DNA of 32,466 nucleotides from an uncultured Clostridia bacterium. Its GTDB lineage: Bacteria; Bacillota; Clostridia; Christensenellales; Aristaeellaceae. Shown piece by piece: positions 15,242 through 23,535 of this stretch; within the stretch, counting starts at the first letter, position 1, and each line of letters begins with the position of its first letter. The position numbers were made by a program, and so were the translations under genes. The notes under the pieces were generated by a model. That model was not told where the DNA came from and did not search any database. It was given only the letters and a program-made list of their open reading frames with translations. Location: NCBI GenBank assembly GCA_946534455.1, contig CAMNCR010000189.1, positions 1-32,466 of the forward strand. Direction: 5' to 3'.

Positions 15242-16306
15242 TTGCACGGGCAAAGGGAAACGGGACGGAAAGGACGGCGGGCGGCGGGCCTGGCGCTGGC
15301 GGGAATCCTGCTGGTGCTGCTGCTGACCGGCTGCACGGCGGAAGGACCCCTGAAGCGGTATCAGCTGAGCTCCGTGGAGCTGTTTGACACGGTGACGATG
15401 ATCACCGGCTACGCTGAGAGCGAAGCCGCCTTCCGCGGGGAGGCGGATGCGCTGCTGGGGGAGCTCCGGGAGTATCATCAGCTCTGCGATGCCTATCATA
15501 CCTATCCGGGCATGTCCAACCTGAAAACCATCAATGACGCCGCGGGCGGGGATCCCATCCGGGTGGACGCCCGCCTGCTGGCGCTGCTTCAATTCGCGAA
15601 GGAGCTGGCGGAGGAGACGCGGGGCACGGTGGACGTCACGCTGGGGCCGGTGCTGCGGCTGTGGCACGCGGCCAGGGAGCAGGGCCTGGAGCATCCGGAG
15701 ACCGCCGGCGTGCCGGAGCGGGCCGCGCTGGAGGCGGCTCTGGCGCACTGCGGATGGGAGCATGTGGAGCTGGATGAGGCCGCGGGCACGGTCCGGCTGA
15801 CGGATCCGGAGGCCGCGCTGGATCTGGGAGCCGTCGCCAAGGGCTACGCGGCGCAGCGGGTCTGCGAGACAAGATCGGGCAGCCTGCTGGTGAATCTGGG
15901 GGGCAATGTCTGCGCCACCGGACCCAAGCCGGACGGAGAGCCCTGGACCGTGGGCGTTCAGGATCCGGACGGAACCGGCTCGGACTACCTGCAGGTGGTG
16001 ACGCTGTCCCGCGGGGCGGTGGTCACCAGCGGGGATTATCAGCGGTATTACGAGGTGGCGGGGGTCCGGTATCATCATCTGATCGACCCGGAGACCCTGG
16101 AGCCGGGGAGAAGATGGCGGGCCGTCACCGTGCTGCACGAGGATTCGGGTCTGGCGGACGGCCTGTCCACGGCGCTTTTTCTGATGGACCGGGAGCAGGG
16201 CGAGGCGCTGCTCCGGGAGACGGGCGGCGAGGCTCTGTGGATCAGCCCGGAGGGAGAAATGCTGATGACCGACGGATACGCGGAGCGCATGCGGAGCCTG
16301 CCCTGA
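15242..16306 (+). CDS. apbE: FAD:protein FMN transferase (ApbE family lipoprotein)
   Basis: Lipobox LTGC. Motifs FDT, DLGAVAKGY, NLGGN, TSGDYQRY, YHHLIDP and ADGLSTALF. The exact start is uncertain (TTG). Confidence 0.92.
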   Translation: MHGQRETGRKGRRAAGLALAGILLVLLLTGCTAEGPLKRYQLSSVELFDTVTMITGYAESEAAFRGEADALLGELREYHQLCDAYHTYPGMSNLKTINDAAGGDPIRVDARLLALLQFAKELAEETRGTVDVTLGPVLRLWHAAREQGLEHPETAGVPERAALEAALAHCGWEHVELDEAAGTVRLTDPEAALDLGAVAKGYAAQRVCETRSGSLLVNLGGNVCATGPKPDGEPWTVGVQDPDGTGSDYLQVVTLSRGAVVTSGDYQRYYEVAGVRYHHLIDPETLEPGRRWRAVTVLHEDSGLADGLSTALFLMDREQGEALLRETGGEALWISPEGEMLMTDGYAERMRSLP

Positions 16307-16308
16307 GT

Positions 16309-16337
16309 TTGACAGGAGCAGGGCGGGGCCCTATAAT
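16309..16337 (+). promoter_or_regulatory. Consensus SigA promoter for the NAGPA/Lgt-like cassette
   Basis: TTGACA (16309-16314), 17-bp spacer, TATAAT (16332-16337), immediately after the apbE stop. Confidence 0.88.
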
Positions 16338-16378
16338 AAGACCCATATCCGGGAAAGACGAGTCCGGGAGGAAGGTAT

Positions 16379-17323
16379 ATGAAAAAAGCTCTGGCGGCGC
16401 TGATGTGCGCCGCGATGCTGATGGGGGGAACGCTGCCCGCGCTGGCGGACGAGGCGGTGCCGCCCACGGTGGAGGAGGCTCCGGTGTATGAGCCTCGGGA
16501 ACAGTTCTACATAGAATCGGGAGAGAAGCACTACGCGGAGGGCTACAGCGATCCCACGCTGGAGATTCATATCACGGACGGGGAATATCTGGGGACGACC
16601 TGGATGGCCGCCCGGATCCGGGTGGCCTATCCGACGCAGCTGCGCACCTACATGGCCGGCGGCCGGTACGGCAAGGCGACCACGGAATATGTCCGCTATT
16701 ACGCCAAACGGCTGAACGCGGTTTTTGCCATCAATGACGACTGGTTCATGAACCGGGGGAACGTGGGCAGCGTGATCCGCCAGGGCGTGGAATACCGGGC
16801 CATGTGCCGGGGAAACTATGACATTCTGGGGATCGACGATCAGGGCGATTTCCACGTTTTCCGCAACGCCACCAACGAGGATATCGCCTCCTTCGAGGGA
16901 ACGCTGATCAACACCTTCACCTTCGGCCCCGGGCTGGTGCTCGAGGGCGAGGCGCAGGAGGTGACCGTGAACAACAACATGGGCGCCTTCGCGGCCGCCC
17001 AGCGGATGGGCATCGGGCAGATCGGACCGCTGGAATACATCTGCGTCTGCTGCGAGGGGCCGGAGGATCCGGGCTCCAAGGGGCTGACCCTGCAGGAATT
17101 CGGCGAGCTGGTGGCCTCCTTCGGCGATGTGAAGACCTTCTACAACCTGGACGGCGGATCCTCCTCCACGATGTCCTTCAAGGGCAACACCCGGAAGGGC
17201 GGAGAATCCTTCTTTGCCAAGATCAACTCTCCCAACAACCCCAAGGAGCGGGTCGCGGGAGGCTGTATCTATTTCGTCAGCGCCTGGAGCACGGAGGAAG
17301 CTGGACAGAATGATGGAGATTAA
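16379..17323 (+). CDS. Secreted phosphodiester glycosidase (NAGPA/DUF2233 family), copy 1
   Basis: Signal peptide ending ALA-D. Motifs AVFAINDD, FGPGLV..G, QRMGIGQ, GLTL.E and YNLDGGSSSTM. Confidence 0.85.
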   Translation: MKKALAALMCAAMLMGGTLPALADEAVPPTVEEAPVYEPREQFYIESGEKHYAEGYSDPTLEIHITDGEYLGTTWMAARIRVAYPTQLRTYMAGGRYGKATTEYVRYYAKRLNAVFAINDDWFMNRGNVGSVIRQGVEYRAMCRGNYDILGIDDQGDFHVFRNATNEDIASFEGTLINTFTFGPGLVLEGEAQEVTVNNNMGAFAAAQRMGIGQIGPLEYICVCCEGPEDPGSKGLTLQEFGELVASFGDVKTFYNLDGGSSSTMSFKGNTRKGGESFFAKINSPNNPKERVAGGCIYFVSAWSTEEAGQNDGD

Positions 17324-18281
17324 CGGTCTGGCCTACGCCCTGTGGACCGCGGGCGCGGTGCTGCTGGGCCTGGCGCTGTTTGCCCTCGCGGGGCGGAAGC
17401 TGGGCAGAGGGGCGCGCGCGTGGACCGCGGCGCTGGCGCTGCCGCTGGGGCTGCTGGGGGCGCGCGCGTTCTATGTGCTGGCGCGGCTGGAATTCTTTGT
17501 GGAAATCGGCGGCTGGAACTGGCTGTGGCCGGAGGACATGTTTTCGGACTGGGGCGTCGCGACGGGCTTTGCGCTCTGGGGCGCCGTGGGCGGATGCGCC
17601 CTGGCGGCCTGCCTGGCGGGCCGGATAACCGGGCAGCGCACGGCGGACATTCTGGATGCGCTGGCTCCGGCCGGCGCGCTGGCCATCGGGCTGTACCGCT
17701 TCGGCGAGTTCTGGATCGGCGAGGGCGTGGGGCCTTATGTGGAAACGGAGGCGCTGTGCTTCTTCCCGCTGGCGATTGTCAACGAATGGGAAGAATGGAA
17801 GCTGGCGGTCTTCGTGATGGAGGGGCTGGCCGCGCTGGTGATTCTGGGCGTGCTGCTGCTCCGCGGAACGCGGGGACGGCCGGGCGACCGGGCACGGCTG
17901 TTCCTGATCCTGTTCTGCGCGACACAGATCGTGCTGGAGAGCCTTCGAAGGGACAGCTTCCTGCGGTGGATGTTTGTCCGGGTCAGCCAGCTGACGGCGG
18001 CGCTGGTGCTGGCGGGGCTGATGGCGGCCGCCATCGTCCGCTGGAGGCGGCATCCGGAGCGGGAACCGCTCACGGGGCGCCGGGTTGGGCTGTGCTGCGG
18101 GCTGTTTCTGCTGGGGGTCGGCGCCACGATCGCGCTGGAGTTTGCGATGGATAAATCCGCCACGCTGCCGCTGTGGCTGGCCTACGTGCTGGAGGCCTGC
18201 TGCTGCGTGCTGCTGGGCGTAACGGCGGGACGGATCGTTCTGCCGGGCGGACGGAAGAGGGAAGGAGAAAAAACGCGATGA
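17310..18281 (+). CDS. Divergent prolipoprotein diacylglyceryl transferase (Lgt)-fold membrane protein, copy 1
   Basis: Lgt landmarks in order: AYAL, GARAFYV, GFALWGAVGG, LDALAP, RFGEFWIGEGVG, FP, ME, LESLRRD, VSQ. ATG 17310 follows GGAGG and overlaps the NAGPA-1 stop. Confidence 0.78.
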   Translation: MMEINGLAYALWTAGAVLLGLALFALAGRKLGRGARAWTAALALPLGLLGARAFYVLARLEFFVEIGGWNWLWPEDMFSDWGVATGFALWGAVGGCALAACLAGRITGQRTADILDALAPAGALAIGLYRFGEFWIGEGVGPYVETEALCFFPLAIVNEWEEWKLAVFVMEGLAALVILGVLLLRGTRGRPGDRARLFLILFCATQIVLESLRRDSFLRWMFVRVSQLTAALVLAGLMAAAIVRWRRHPEREPLTGRRVGLCCGLFLLGVGATIALEFAMDKSATLPLWLAYVLEACCCVLLGVTAGRIVLPGGRKREGEKTR

Positions 18282-19180
18282 GAAAATGGGGTGCGCTGCT
18301 GCTGGCGCTGTGGATGGGACTGATGCCCGCGATGGCGGGAGCGACCATGGCGGTGGACGAGGATGACAACAGCCACTATACGCTGCCGATTTCGGATACC
18401 CCCGGCCAGCCGGTGCAGGAGAAATTCTTTCTTTCGGACTATGAATATGAGGATCCGACGCTGAAGATTGTCATCACCAGCGGACAGTGGAGCGGATGCA
18501 CCTACTGGCTGGCGGATGTGGAGATCGCGGATCCGAGCCAGCTGCGGACCACCTCCGCGGACGGATGGGACAGCAACGGCGTGACCTCCGCGACCCGGAT
18601 GGCGCAGCGCATGAACGCGGTGCTGGCCATCAACGGGGATTATTTCAGCTTCCGCGGGATCGATTACGTGGTTCGGATGGGAACGACCTATCTCAACCAT
18701 CTGCGGGGCACCCGGGACGTGCTGATCATCGATGAGGACGGCAATTTCCACGGCTATGAGGCGCCGGAGAGAAAGGACATTCCGGAGACCATCGACGGGA
18801 AAAAGATTATCAACGCCTTCTTCTTCGGGCCGCTGATCGTCAACAACGGCAAGGTCCGGCAGGGCGGCTACAGCGGCCAGTGGATGGCGGCGGACGCCCA
18901 GAGCCAGCGCATGGCGATTGCGCAGGTCGGCCCGCTGAAATACCGGGTGATCTGCGTGGGACCGCCGGCGGGCAAGGATAACCCGAAGGGGCTGCCGCTG
19001 GACAAGTTCCGGGAGTTCGTGGCGGGCATGGAGGATGTGCAGGTGGCCTACAACCTGGATGGGGGCGACAGCACCTATCTGATTCTCAACGGCCTGAAGG
19101 TCAACTATCCGGAGAACAGCAATGCCCGGGATATCGCGGATATCATCTACTTCGCTTCCGCGTATCCGGAAAATCCATAA
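18278..19180 (+). CDS. Secreted phosphodiester glycosidase (NAGPA/DUF2233 family), copy 2
   Basis: ATGA overlap with the upstream gene and a signal peptide. Motifs AVLAINGDYF, FGPLIVNNG, QRMAIAQ and AYNLDGGDSTYL. Confidence 0.87.
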   Translation: MRKWGALLLALWMGLMPAMAGATMAVDEDDNSHYTLPISDTPGQPVQEKFFLSDYEYEDPTLKIVITSGQWSGCTYWLADVEIADPSQLRTTSADGWDSNGVTSATRMAQRMNAVLAINGDYFSFRGIDYVVRMGTTYLNHLRGTRDVLIIDEDGNFHGYEAPERKDIPETIDGKKIINAFFFGPLIVNNGKVRQGGYSGQWMAADAQSQRMAIAQVGPLKYRVICVGPPAGKDNPKGLPLDKFREFVAGMEDVQVAYNLDGGDSTYLILNGLKVNYPENSNARDIADIIYFASAYPENP

Positions 19181-19235
19181 AAGCGGGGCGGGAGGCGGCT
19201 TCTTCGAAGCAGCCGGCCCCGGAGCGGAGGACAAT

Positions 19236-20147
19236 ATGACGGCATATGGCATCATGGCGGCGGCAACGGTTGCCGTCGCCTTTGCCCTGTATGGGGTAAT
19301 CCTGCGGAAAAGGAAGCTGCGTCCGGGTCTGGCGCTGGCGGCGCTGCCCCTGGCGGCGGTGCTGGCGCTGCTGTGCGCCAGGGCCGGCTATGCGGTGCTG
19401 CTCCAGCTGGAGGATCTTTTCGTCTGGGGAGAGTGGAGCACGCTGACGGATTTCCAGGCGCGCAGGCTGTGCTTTGTCACCGGCGCGGTGGGCGCGTGCC
19501 TGGGGGTGGCGCTGGCCGCCCGCCTGTGCCGGGTGCCCGGTCGGGAGGCCATGGACGCCTTCGCGGCGCCCGGCGCCCTGCTGGTGGCCGGACTGCGGCT
19601 GGCGGAGGGACAGCTGGGCAAGTTCGGCGCGGGCGTTCTGGTGGAGGGAGAGGGCTGGCTGAACGGCGCGCCGTTCACCATCGCGGACACCTGGGGCGAC
19701 CGGTATGTGGCGGTGTTTTTCTGGGAAGCGGTCGTGGCGCTGGTGATTTTCCTCTTTGCCCTGCTGATGCGGGAGGGCAGGCCGGGCGTCCGGTTCGAGA
19801 AAACAGCCTTTGCGCTGTGCCTGTGCCAGGTGCTGCTGGAAAACATGCGGAATCAGAGCATGCGCTGGGGCTTCGTGTACGTGGAGCAGCTGCTGTGCGC
19901 GGTGATTCTGATGGCGCTTGTGTGGCGGGCATGCCGCAGGCATGAGAAAAAGCAGGGCCGCTATCGCCCCTGCCTGTGGATGGCGTGCTGCATGATCGGC
20001 GTGGTGGGAGAGGAATTCGCCCGCCAGAAGGGCGGAAGCGAGCTGCTGGCGGAGGGCGGATACTTTCTGATGGCCGCGATCCTGCTGGGGATGGCGCTGA
20101 TTTACAGGAACGCGGTCCGGGAGACGACGTCCCCGGAGGCCCGCTGA
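19236..20147 (+). CDS. Divergent Lgt-fold membrane protein, copy 2
   Basis: AYGIM, ARAGY, MDAFAAPGAL, RLAE, AVFFWEA, QVLLENMR, FVYVEQL. Clearly paralogous to 17310-18281; GGAGG RBS. Confidence 0.72.
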   Translation: MTAYGIMAAATVAVAFALYGVILRKRKLRPGLALAALPLAAVLALLCARAGYAVLLQLEDLFVWGEWSTLTDFQARRLCFVTGAVGACLGVALAARLCRVPGREAMDAFAAPGALLVAGLRLAEGQLGKFGAGVLVEGEGWLNGAPFTIADTWGDRYVAVFFWEAVVALVIFLFALLMREGRPGVRFEKTAFALCLCQVLLENMRNQSMRWGFVYVEQLLCAVILMALVWRACRRHEKKQGRYRPCLWMACCMIGVVGEEFARQKGGSELLAEGGYFLMAAILLGMALIYRNAVRETTSPEAR

Positions 20148-20160
20148 GGAGAGAACGCGC

Positions 20161-21009
20161 ATGGGCAGAACATTAACGCCGATCCAGCAGATTGAGCAGA
20201 GCATCGTCAAGCGCTACCATGAAACGCTGTGGAGTCCCTTCTGCAGGGCCATCAAAAAGTATCAGCTGATTCAGCCGGGGGACCGGATCGCCGTGTGCAT
20301 CTCCGGGGGCAAGGACAGCATGCTGCTGGCGAAAATGATGCAGATGCTCCACCGGCACACGGCCATTCCCTTCGAGGTGCAGTTCCTGGTCATGAACCCC
20401 GGGTACAACGAGGAAAACCGGAAACGGGTGGAGGACAATGCCCGCCTGCTGGAAATCCCCTGCACGGTGTTTGAAAGCCGGATCTTTGACATTGCCAACA
20501 CGCAGGAAAAGAACCCCTGCTATCTGTGCGCCAGAATGCGCCGGGGGTGTCTGTACAAAAAAGCCCGGGAGCTGGGCTGCAACAAGATTGCTCTCGGGCA
20601 TCATTTTGACGATGTGATCGGGACGACGCTGCTGGGCATGTTTTACGCGGGCCAGCTGCAGGGCATGATGCCCAAGCTGCATTCCAAAAACTATCCGGGG
20701 ATGGAGCTGATCCGCCCGCTGTATCTGGTGCGCGAGGAGGACATCATCGCCTGGGCGGGAGCCAACGGGCTGTCCTTCATTCAGTGCGCCTGCCGCTTCA
20801 CCGAGCGGGCCGAGCAGGAGGAGCATGCCTCCAAGCGCCGGGAGGTCAAGGCCCTGCTGAAGGAGCTGAAAAAGACGAACCCCAGCATCGAGGACAATAT
20901 CTTTTCCAGCCTTCACCTGCTGCAGCTGGACACGATGGTCGGCTGGAAGTACAGGGGAGAGGCCCATTCCTTCCTGGACGACTATGACGACCGGGGACCC
21001 GGCGCCTGA
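20161..21009 (+). CDS. ttcA: tRNA 2-thiocytidine biosynthesis TtcA-family protein
   Basis: PP-loop SGGKDS, PCYLCARMRRG, KIALGHHFDD, MMPKL, LIRPL and QCAC. Confidence 0.88.
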   Translation: MGRTLTPIQQIEQSIVKRYHETLWSPFCRAIKKYQLIQPGDRIAVCISGGKDSMLLAKMMQMLHRHTAIPFEVQFLVMNPGYNEENRKRVEDNARLLEIPCTVFESRIFDIANTQEKNPCYLCARMRRGCLYKKARELGCNKIALGHHFDDVIGTTLLGMFYAGQLQGMMPKLHSKNYPGMELIRPLYLVREEDIIAWAGANGLSFIQCACRFTERAEQEEHASKRREVKALLKELKKTNPSIEDNIFSSLHLLQLDTMVGWKYRGEAHSFLDDYDDRGPGA

Positions 21010-21024
21010 AGCCGGAGGCCGGGA

Positions 21025-23514
21025 TCAGGAAAGGGCCCGGTCGCAGATCAGCGCGGCGCAGATCAGACGGACGACGCTCTCATTCAGCTTTTCCTCCGTC
21101 AGATGGGGCAGCCTTCGCCGCTCCACCGCGTCGATGATCTCCTGAATATCGCTGTCCTTTCCGGGCATCACCAGGTCATTTCCGGCGGCGATGCACTTGG
21201 CGGCGCTGGAGCCCCCGCCGTTGGTGGTGGACCAGTCGGTCATGATATAACCGCGGAAGCCCCACTCCTTCCGGGCGACGGTCGTGCACAGATCCGCGCT
21301 GTTGGCGGAATGGACGCCGTTGATCCGGTTATAGGAGGTCATGATCGTCATCGGGCCGGCCGTCTTCACGGCCGTCTCGAAGCCCTTCAGATAGATTTCC
21401 CGCAGCGCACGCTCGGAGATCATCTCGTTCACGTGCATCCGGTTGTCCTCCTGATTGTTGCACGCAAAGTGCTTGATGGAAACGCCGACGCCCGGCTTCC
21501 GCTGCACGCCGCGGGTCATCGCGGCCGCCATCAGGCCGCTGAGAAGCGGATCCTCCGAATAGTATTCAAAGTTCCGGCCGCACAGGGGATTCCGGTGAAT
21601 GTTCATGCCCGGCGCCAGCCAGACCGCGATATGGAAGGCCCGCAGCTCCTCCGCGACCGCGGCGCCGACCTCCTCCACCAGGGCGACGTCGAAGCTCTGG
21701 GCCAGGAGCGTGCCGATGGGGATGGCGGTGGCATACTGATAACGCAGCTGAGCGCCCTCGTGGCGCACCTTTTTTTTGAAGAAACGGATTTCCAGCATTT
21801 CGAACCAGTCCCGCGGCTGCAGAATGTCGCCGGAGACGGGATCCACCTCATATTCCGGATTGATCCGGAGGCCGGCGGGGCCGTCCGCGAGAATCATGCC
21901 CGGAATGCCATGCTGGCTGAAGGCAACGGTTTCGCCCGCGGCGCCGGGCACCCGGGTCGCCTGGGAGCCGACGATTTCCCCGGCCATGGCGCTGCGCGCG
22001 CCCACCACGAGGCAGGCCTTGTCCCGCAGGGTCATTTTCGCCGCGATGTCCCGGGCCTGCTTTTCCGTCGCCGGATCCGGGGCGTAGCCGGGAACCGCGG
22101 CGGCCGGAGCGCTTCGGGCTTCAAGCGCGGCGGAGGTGATGCGGATCTCCTCCAGGGGGAACGCATATTCCTTCAGATCCAGATCCGGGTGCTCCGGAAC
22201 GATTTCCGCAAGCGCTTCCTTCAGCTCGCAGATGGGGGTCAGCTGCTCCAGATCGACGGTCTGATCCAGCCGCAGACACACGGCGGGCGTCAGCGCGCCG
22301 GCGTTTTCCCCGGCGAACACGCCGTAGGCTCCCGCCTGCAGGATCCAGGCGGAGCGGCCTTCATGATAGGAGGCGAGCTGGCGCAGATCAAAGGCCAGAT
22401 GCAGCGTCTCCTCTCCGGCGGGGGCCAGCAGTCCCGTCTTTCCAAAGGCGACGAGCCGTTTCTGCTCCGTTGCCAGCTCTCCGGAGGGGCAGGCGGCATA
22501 CAGCTGGACGACGTGCTTTCCGGCGCAGGCCCCGGTATTGCGAACCTTCACGCCGACTTCCAGCCGCGTTCCGCGCAGGGCGGCGGAGCAGACCTCCCCG
22601 GAAAAGGAGGTGTAGCTCAGCCCGTATCCGAAGGGATACCGGGGCCGGACGCCGAAGCTGTCGAAATAGCGATAGCCCACATAGATGCCCTCGGTGTAGA
22701 ATTCCTCGGTCAGGTTGCCGTTCCGGTGAGAGAAGGTGGCGGAGGAGGGATAATCCTCGTAGCGGAGGGCATAGGTATCCGTCAGACGGCCGCTGGGATT
22801 CACGCGGCCGGACAGAATGTCCGCCACGGCGGTCCCGCTCTCGCTGCCCGCCTGGGACATCAGCAGCAGCGCGTCCACCCGGCAGGTGTCCACGAAGGAG
22901 AGATCCATGATCCCGCCCACGTTCAGCAGCACCACCACCGGCAGGCCGAAGCCGCCCAGAATCCGGAGCTCTTCCTCCTCCCGGTCGCTGAGATAATAGT
23001 CGCCCTTCTCCGCGCGCCGGTCGGCGAATTCGCCGGAAACCCGCGTGATGACGTAAACCACCGCCTCGGCTTCCCGCACCGCTTCGGGCGGGATGGGAAG
23101 ATCCGGCAGGGCCGGGGTCAGGGTGGCGTGGGCGTGATACAGCTTCCGGGGATCCCGCTCCCCGCCCAGCTCCCGGTAGATGCGTTCCTTCCAGTCCTCC
23201 ACGCTTTCGGCATACGCCCGGTCATACTGATCCAGATAGGCCGTGTTGACCACCTGGAAGCCTGCTGCGCGCAGCCCCGCGTCCACGGTGACCGTGTTCC
23301 GGGAGTTGACATCTCCGCTGCCGGTGCCGCCCTTGATGGTATACCGGCTTCCGCGGCCGAAGAGCGCGAGCTTCATGCCGGGCCTGAGGGGCAGGATGCC
23401 GCTGTTTTCCAGGAGCACCATGCCTTCGGCTGCCGCCCTGGCGGACAGGCGGCGCAGATTGGTTTCCCGTTCGGTGATTTCGGGCGTGTCCTGCCCGGGG
23501 TACCATTTTTTCAT
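21025..23514 (-). CDS. Glycoside hydrolase family 3 beta-glucosidase with permuted domain order
   Basis: N-terminal AAAEGMVLLEN/GGTGSG/NPSGRLTDT/EGIYVGYRYFD/YPFGYGLSYT. C-terminal barrel with LADGPAG, APGMNIHRNPLCGRNFEYYSEDP, KHFACN and the nucleophile motif IMTDW. No signal peptide. Confidence 0.95.
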   Translation of the reverse strand: MKKWYPGQDTPEITERETNLRRLSARAAAEGMVLLENSGILPLRPGMKLALFGRGSRYTIKGGTGSGDVNSRNTVTVDAGLRAAGFQVVNTAYLDQYDRAYAESVEDWKERIYRELGGERDPRKLYHAHATLTPALPDLPIPPEAVREAEAVVYVITRVSGEFADRRAEKGDYYLSDREEEELRILGGFGLPVVVLLNVGGIMDLSFVDTCRVDALLLMSQAGSESGTAVADILSGRVNPSGRLTDTYALRYEDYPSSATFSHRNGNLTEEFYTEGIYVGYRYFDSFGVRPRYPFGYGLSYTSFSGEVCSAALRGTRLEVGVKVRNTGACAGKHVVQLYAACPSGELATEQKRLVAFGKTGLLAPAGEETLHLAFDLRQLASYHEGRSAWILQAGAYGVFAGENAGALTPAVCLRLDQTVDLEQLTPICELKEALAEIVPEHPDLDLKEYAFPLEEIRITSAALEARSAPAAAVPGYAPDPATEKQARDIAAKMTLRDKACLVVGARSAMAGEIVGSQATRVPGAAGETVAFSQHGIPGMILADGPAGLRINPEYEVDPVSGDILQPRDWFEMLEIRFFKKKVRHEGAQLRYQYATAIPIGTLLAQSFDVALVEEVGAAVAEELRAFHIAVWLAPGMNIHRNPLCGRNFEYYSEDPLLSGLMAAAMTRGVQRKPGVGVSIKHFACNNQEDNRMHVNEMISERALREIYLKGFETAVKTAGPMTIMTSYNRINGVHSANSADLCTTVARKEWGFRGYIMTDWSTTNGGGSSAAKCIAAGNDLVMPGKDSDIQEIIDAVERRRLPHLTEEKLNESVVRLICAALICDRALS

Positions 23515-23535
23515 GGAATGCGTCCTCCGTTTTCT

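Noticed and set aside
14420-16306. thiT-apbE as a thiamine operon (ApbE was historically labelled a thiamine biosynthesis lipoprotein)
   Set aside because: A strong terminator and a separate promoter lie between them, and ApbE is a flavin transferase.
19185-19221. Imperfect hairpin between NAGPA-2 and Lgt-like-2
   Set aside because: The stem is interrupted and has no U-tract, so it is not supportable as a terminator.
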